A DNA stretch of 13,797 nucleotides from a virus, in the UHGV virus genome UHGV-0079647; one strand, written 5' to 3'. Below the pieces are notes generated by a model. The model saw only the letters and a program-made list of their open reading frames with translations, was not told the origin of the DNA and did no database searches. Shown piece after piece: positions 9,597 to 13,797 of this stretch. Numbering within the stretch: the stretch's first letter is position 1; every line of letters starts with the position of its first letter. Position numbers and translations under genes: made by a program.

Positions 9597-11096
9597 TTAA
9601 GTTCTCCGTGCGATGGGCCTGATTGGGGCTGGTATCTTTTTCTCTTTTGGTTTTTTGATGTCGCGCATCATTTTTGCGAAGCGGCGCATCATGTATGCAT
9701 AGCGAACGGCGGAGAGAACGTCATCGTTAAGCTTGACGATTTTCCCGTTTTCATCACGGTGATAGAGGCGGAACTCCTCAAAGAATGGCTCACAGGTGTT
9801 GAATACTTTGAAGCGGCCATCAAGCATCATGTCGCGCAATTCAGTGATTCCAGGCTCAACAGCATTACCGCCATCAGGCCATGTCGCATGCTCCTGCAAC
9901 ATCATAAAACCAGCGTCGGCATACTGCCCTTTGAGCTGCTCACCGCCGCCCTTCTCATGCTGGTTTCCGTCATGAGGCCATGCGGTTGGCACTTTATGCG
10001 CCCATGATTTAACGGCTCCCCACGCCTGAACGGCTGTTTTTTCTTTCGCCTTCCACACGCGTGAAACGTAGATTATGTCTGCGTCCTTATCCCACCAAAG
10101 CTGAACCTGCGCCTGAGGGTGATCCCATCCGAAATCCATCCCGCCAATTACGTAGAAGTGATCAGGACACTCGAACGGCTGACACTTAATCGTCTCTTCC
10201 GGTATCTGGAAGATTCGACCACTACCCATCGTAGGAATACCGCGAGCACGCGCCTCTCTCTCATGCTCGGGATAGGATGCGATGATTTGCTCTTTCTGCT
10301 CTTCGGTATAGTGCTCAGCGTCATAGATGGTCATGTTGACCACTTTCTGCGACTTGCTGGGGTTCTTCAGGAACTTGGTAACAACGTCAGACATCCCCAT
10401 CAGCGGGGTAAACGTCAGAATTGAGAATTGCCCGTATTTGTTGGTACGGGTAAGGCCTTCGCCATAAATGCTGTATGGTGGCTCTTCGTCAAACCACACG
10501 CCGTGGATTGTGTCACCCTGCCAGCGAGCACGGCCTTGCGAGTATGGCTTGAAGTAGCAGATTGAAATGCCATCTTCAACGCCATCAGCCGTGTGATGCT
10601 TAACCAGAAGATGATCAACAAGGTTCGGAAAGAAAGGAGACTTCTTCCAGCTAATGATGTCTTCTTTCGGTATGGAACCGTAGCCAGGCTCATCATTCTC
10701 TTCGATACGACCGCACAGGATGCGTTGAGTCGTTTTGGTTACAGTCTCGTTTGTCTCGCCACCAATCCAGAAGACAACAGGCTCATAGAAACGCTTACCT
10801 TTCCACTCACCGCCATATTTACCATCAGCAGGATAGCCTTTTGTGCCCGGATAACGCCCTGTAAGGTGAAACGCGACTTCAGCAGCACCAGTAAATGACT
10901 TACCAAGCTGGTTACCAGCCATAAAACATCGCTCTGGGTAGTCATGTCCGGCGTCGATGAACTCACGCTGTTTGCTGTATGGCGTAAATTCATATAGCAG
11001 GTGTGTGTTCCGGTAGTTCTCTTCTTCTTCGAGTAGCTCGAGCAATTCGATTTGCTCTTCGTCGCTCAGGTTATCAAGAATCGCGTCCAGTTCCAC
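9597..11096 (-). CDS. terL: Terminase large subunit gp2-like (499 aa)
   Basis: Same length as P22 gp2 (499 aa as recalled); deviant Walker A-like segment (...[17 protein letters not shown]...) near the N-terminus as in phage large terminases; synteny between terS and portal. Start overlaps the terS 3' end by 23 nt. Confidence 0.95.
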   Translation of the reverse strand: MELDAILDNLSDEEQIELLELLEEEENYRNTHLLYEFTPYSKQREFIDAGHDYPERCFMAGNQLGKSFTGAAEVAFHLTGRYPGTKGYPADGKYGGEWKGKRFYEPVVFWIGGETNETVTKTTQRILCGRIEENDEPGYGSIPKEDIISWKKSPFFPNLVDHLLVKHHTADGVEDGISICYFKPYSQGRARWQGDTIHGVWFDEEPPYSIYGEGLTRTNKYGQFSILTFTPLMGMSDVVTKFLKNPSKSQKVVNMTIYDAEHYTEEQKEQIIASYPEHEREARARGIPTMGSGRIFQIPEETIKCQPFECPDHFYVIGGMDFGWDHPQAQVQLWWDKDADIIYVSRVWKAKEKTAVQAWGAVKSWAHKVPTAWPHDGNQHEKGGGEQLKGQYADAGFMMLQEHATWPDGGNAVEPGITELRDMMLDGRFKVFNTCEPFFEEFRLYHRDENGKIVKLNDDVLSAVRYAYMMRRFAKMMRDIKKPKEKKIPAPIRPIARRT

Positions 11097-11562
11097 GGTT
11101 GAATAGCTCCTTGATACGAGAGCGTCGCTTATCGCGATCTCCCTTATCAGGTGTCACGTCTTCAACTTGCGACTGCTCTTTGAGGCCCAAATCACGGGCG
11201 ATGATGTTAGCGTTGAGAAGGTCAGCGGCTGCGCCAGAGAATTTCTGATCGTAGATGATGTCTTCCGCTCGTGATGTGACGTCAGAAAAACCTTCCATTG
11301 ACCGGAAGGTTCCCCATGTTTGCCTGGTGATATCAAGGAAGGTACACAATCCTGAAATAGTCATGGCTCGCATCTTAGGGACATTAGCCTTAATTATTTC
11401 TCCCTGATATGAAAATACCTTACCCTCCCATAGTGGGTTATCATCAGCCCACTCGAAGTATTCACAACAAGCAGCCCACAGCGCCTCAGGCGATTCGAAT
11501 TTAGGATTTCGCCCATGACTACTGCGGGCCTCCCAAAATCGGTTGCCCTTTGGTGCTGCCAT
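11074..11562 (-). CDS. terS: Terminase small subunit gp3-like (162 aa from the second ATG)
   Basis: Synteny directly upstream of terL; length equals P22 gp3 (162 aa as recalled) when started at [17 protein letters not shown]...; GTGAG lies 6 nt upstream of that ATG. The ORF track starts two codons earlier at 11568 (MNM...). Confidence 0.85.
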   Translation of the reverse strand: MAAPKGNRFWEARSSHGRNPKFESPEALWAACCEYFEWADDNPLWEGKVFSYQGEIIKANVPKMRAMTISGLCTFLDITRQTWGTFRSMEGFSDVTSRAEDIIYDQKFSGAAADLLNANIIARDLGLKEQSQVEDVTPDKGDRDKRRSRIKELFNRGTGRDS

Positions 11563-11585
11563 ATTCATCTCACTTAGTTGTTATT

Positions 11586-11765
11586 TCAGGCTGAGGACTC
11601 TTTCGCGCCTTCAATCAGTGACTGCTTCAGCAATTCGAGTGTGCCAATCGCCTCGCATAAACTGATTTCACCATCGTAATCATGGATGACGCTTTCCAGC
11701 CGATCGTATAGCTCTTGAGTAATTGGGAATTTCTTCTCCTTACCCAAATTGATTACGCGGCTCAC
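11586..11765 (-). CDS. Candidate small protein (59 codons, GTG start), not in the ORF track
   Basis: Manual translation: GTG at 11765..11763, preceded by GGAG with a 6-nt spacer, open to TGA at 11588..11586, giving (M)SRVINLGKEKKFPITQELYDRLESVIHDYDGEISLCEAIGTLELLKQSLIEGAKESSA. Starts 1 nt after the upstream ORF's stop and ends 17 nt before terS, filling an otherwise non-coding ~200-bp gap. Confidence 0.35.
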   Translation of the reverse strand: MSRVINLGKEKKFPITQELYDRLESVIHDYDGEISLCEAIGTLELLKQSLIEGAKESSA

Positions 11766-11766
11766 A

Positions 11767-12009
11767 TCATGCTCCGGTGGTGAACAGGTCTAACGCTTCC
11801 TTCGATTTACGCACCGCTTCAAATGTGCGGATCGTGATATCCGAATTAGCGCCGCCTGATTGGAAGTGAATTTTGAATAGCTCAAGCTTCAACTCGTCAG
11901 TGCCGATGAATTGAAATGCTTCTTCTGCGGCTGCGTTCTGGTTCATGACCAGCTTGTAAATCTCTAACTGGAATTTCTGTTCTTCAGTCATGGGAATAAT
12001 CTCTGCCAT
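11767..12009 (-). CDS. Hypothetical small phage protein (80 aa)
   Basis: ORF with GGAG 6 nt upstream of the ATG (aacGGAGccaacaATG), lying in the lysis-to-terS accessory region. No motif recognised. Confidence 0.55.
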   Translation of the reverse strand: MAEIIPMTEEQKFQLEIYKLVMNQNAAAEEAFQFIGTDELKLELFKIHFQSGGANSDITIRTFEAVRKSKEALDLFTTGA

Positions 12010-12112
12010 TGTTGGCTCCGTTTATCCGTTAAAAGGGATATCAGTTAAGTTATCCCGTGTAGGGTATAAGCCATTATCAAAGCCACTCTGTAGGGAATGG
12101 CTTTTGTAATAA

Positions 12113-12493
12113 CTACTGTTCGCTTAGCTTCTGCTTCAGCAAGTAACCTTCGAGCATCCAGATTTTGTTTACAGCATTTTGCCGGGCAATCTTCCGACCA
12201 ATTTCTGCATCAAAGTTTTCCGGGCTTGCACAGGCACTCTCTCCGGTGACGGTGAAGCCATTCTTCAGCACCAGCACGCAGAAAGTGAGCAACTTCAATG
12301 GTGATAAATCACGATCGCCTTCTTCTGGTTTTTCTCTGCCACAATATTCGTTGCTGGAAATGGCACCATTACGTCCATCATAAGCAGTAAAGTAATGCTC
12401 GCTTTTAATCACGTCTTCGATGTGATGAGGAGTGATTCGCGGGGATGTTTTGCCTTTCTCAACGATTTCTTTTTCGATTTGCTGGTCGTTCAT
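12113..12493 (-). CDS. Hypothetical phage protein (126 aa), possibly of the N4 gp49 / Sf6 gp66-like family
   Basis: Clean ORF with AGGGT upstream of the start. Family guess is based on position (Sf6 gene 66 sits just upstream of terS) and on recalled resemblance only; unverified. Confidence 0.5.
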   Translation of the reverse strand: MNDQQIEKEIVEKGKTSPRITPHHIEDVIKSEHYFTAYDGRNGAISSNEYCGREKPEEGDRDLSPLKLLTFCVLVLKNGFTVTGESACASPENFDAEIGRKIARQNAVNKIWMLEGYLLKQKLSEQ

Positions 12494-12651
12494 AATTATG
12501 ACCCTGTAGAGTGGTTGCTTGATTAGGATGTCTTTCCATCAGTCCGCCACCACAAAGAATCTTTTTTGCCATCAGGCAGGAGGTTCATCTTTCAGTGGCT
12601 GCCAGTGTTATTTCCCCACTTACTGGCTTGGGTTGTTTCGCGGTACTGCCG

Positions 12652-13194
12652 TTAATTGGTGAGTCCGGGGATTACGGTTTGCCCGTGCTGTTCAAGGCGT
12701 TCAATTCTCGCCAGTAGCTGAGGCTTCTTAATTTTTCCCCAGCGATTAAGCAGGCGGCCTGACATGCTGGCAACATCCTTCTCTTTCATGTACTCCAGCA
12801 TTACGGCATTTCTCTCTTCTTCAAATTGACGATGACCAACCTGAAGCATGGCGTACATCCAGTTGAATGCGTTGATGTAAGCAATTTTGATACGCATTGC
12901 TTCTTTTTTGGTGTAGGACATAACCAAAAGCATCAACCCATCCTTACGTAGCCGATAGAATTTTTGTGGCTTACCATTCTGTAACTCATTGTTTTTATAG
13001 CAAACCTCAAAATTGAGTTTTGTATCAAACTCTTCAGGACAAGCAGCGATAGTTCTTTCTACATCACGCACAACGTTGTCATGTCGCTTACGAAATGCTT
13101 TCGCCACCATAAATGAATCGGTGACAGGGTCATTGTTGGTAATAAAAACCAGTTCTTTGAAATCAATGCCGTCAACGATAGTTGGATAATTCAT
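12652..13194 (-). CDS. Rha-family phage regulatory protein (180 aa)
   Basis: N-terminal region ...FITNNDPVTDSFMVAKAFRKRHDNVVRDVERTI... matches the Rha-domain consensus core (...iA..fgK.H.nVlRdi...). Location between lysis genes and terS is where rha lies in P22. Confidence 0.75.
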   Translation of the reverse strand: MNYPTIVDGIDFKELVFITNNDPVTDSFMVAKAFRKRHDNVVRDVERTIAACPEEFDTKLNFEVCYKNNELQNGKPQKFYRLRKDGLMLLVMSYTKKEAMRIKIAYINAFNWMYAMLQVGHRQFEEERNAVMLEYMKEKDVASMSGRLLNRWGKIKKPQLLARIERLEQHGQTVIPGLTN

Positions 13195-13341
13195 CGGTAA
13201 TTACCTTTTAGTGATGAACCTTGTCACACAGGATTCCGGCCCACAGAAAGGCACCGATTACCAAACCGGCATCCTCAAGGGTCATCCTGAAAGGTTCTGT
13301 GTTCATAAGTCGCGCGTGTGAAGCGCGTTTACTGCGGACAT

Positions 13342-13364
13342 AAAAAAGCCCCGCATCGCGAGGC
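13342..13364 (-). terminator. Rho-independent terminator downstream of Rz
   Basis: On the minus strand: GCCUCGC-GAU-GCGGGGC (7-bp stem with one U-G wobble) followed by UUUUUU, about 33 nt after the Rz stop codon. Confidence 0.5.
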
Positions 13365-13396
13365 TCATTAAATGGACTTTGTGATTTGCAAAAAAA

Positions 13397-13797
13397 TTAT
13401 TTCAGGCACTGAGTCCTGATGTATTCCTGCAGGTAGTTAACCTGCGCGGTTATCCTGTCGATTCCACTTCGGAGACGGTAATAATTGAGTTCAGCATCTG
13501 CTGTAAGTCTTGGGCTTTCTCCATCGCCCATGCCGCTGGCTCCGGTCGTTGACTTTGCACAGGTGGCGGCGACTTGCAGGCGCTTACGCCCAGCAGAAAC
13601 ATCATCACGGAGACTTTCGATAGTCGCGTTAGCATCAGCAAGCTCCTTTGTATATCTGGCGTCGAGTTCTGCTACGTCACGTTGACGCTTCTGCATGTCA
13701 GCGATGATGGATGTGGCTTTGTCGCGCTGGGCTTTGTAGGCGATGGCGTTATCACGGTAATGATTAACAGCCCATGACAGGCAGACGATGATGCAGA
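13397..13797 (-). CDS. Rz: Rz i-spanin (lysis protein), 5'-truncated by the window edge
   Basis: Reading frame is open from the window end; hand translation of 13797..13697 gives ...[55 protein letters not shown]..., closely resembling lambda Rz as recalled (N-terminal TM segment and periplasmic coiled coil). The track ORF (13397..13696) is only its C-terminal part. Confidence 0.9.
   Translation of the reverse strand, partial: CIIVCLSWAVNHYRDNAIAYKAQRDKATSIIADMQKRQRDVAELDARYTKELADANATIESLRDDVSAGRKRLQVAATCAKSTTGASGMGDGESPRLTADAELNYYRLRSGIDRITAQVNYLQEYIRTQCLK
13450..13641 (-). CDS. Rz1: Rz1 o-spanin (outer-membrane lipoprotein), embedded in the +1 frame of Rz
   Basis: 63-aa ORF wholly inside Rz in another frame: hydrophobic signal-like N-terminus ending in a lipobox-like L-G-V-S-A-C, then a Pro-rich stretch ([16 protein letters not shown]), the hallmark arrangement of lambda-type Rz1. 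Confidence 0.8.
   Translation of the reverse strand: MLMLTRLSKVSVMMFLLGVSACKSPPPVQSQRPEPAAWAMEKAQDLQQMLNSIITVSEVESTG

Noticed and set aside
9480-10007. 175-aa plus-strand ORF spanning the portal/terL junction
   Set aside because: Lies antisense to two strongly supported, conserved genes; no SD or recognisable motif; typical shadow ORF.
12083-12514. 13-bp imperfect inverted repeat (CCACTCTGTAGGG at 12083..12095 and CCCTGTAGAGTGG at 12502..12514) flanking the 126-aa ORF, suggestive of a mobile cassette
   Set aside because: Only 11 of 13 positions match in inverted orientation. By rough estimate, very many matches of this quality are expected by chance among all position pairs in a 13.8-kb window, so it is not significant without comparative evidence.
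13485-13777. Plus-strand ORFs (13485..13685, 13574..13777) opposite Rz/Rz1
   Set aside because: Antisense to the Rz/Rz1 pair, which has clear recalled similarity to lambda spanins; no supporting signals.
1-13797. Search for CRISPR arrays, tRNA/rRNA genes, integrase, attachment sites, or IS/transposase elements
   Set aside because: No regularly spaced direct repeats, no tRNA-like cloverleaf candidates in the intergenic gaps, and no ORF with integrase or transposase motifs were seen; the window appears to be entirely the interior of a phage late region.

Overview
This window reads as the reverse complement of a P22-like (Lederbergvirus-type, headful-packaging) phage or prophage late operon from an enterobacterial host. 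Every convincing gene but one is on the minus strand, in the canonical order: Rz/Rz1 spanins (5' end cut by the window edge), Rha-family regulator, two or three small accessory ORFs, small terminase, large terminase, portal, scaffold, coat, an extra 199-aa ORF, gp4 tail adaptor, gp10, tail needle (gp26-like, with a C-terminal knob extension), a gp14-position protein, gp7 ejection protein and the first codons of gp20. Product calls rest on recalled similarity to P22 and lambda proteins plus synteny; no database search was possible. The single plus-strand gene is a visibly AT-rich HNH-family homing-endonuclease-like ORF wedged between scaffold and coat, with its stop codon abutting the scaffold stop codon. 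This is the most unusual element in the window. Other points of note are a terminator hairpin with a UUCG tetraloop just downstream of coat, a terminator after Rz, an unlisted 59-codon GTG-initiated ORF upstream of terS, and a candidate pac-like sequence inside terS. No tRNA, rRNA, CRISPR array, transposase, or recognisable defence system was seen; I found nothing I can defend as a novel multi-gene system beyond these accessory insertions.
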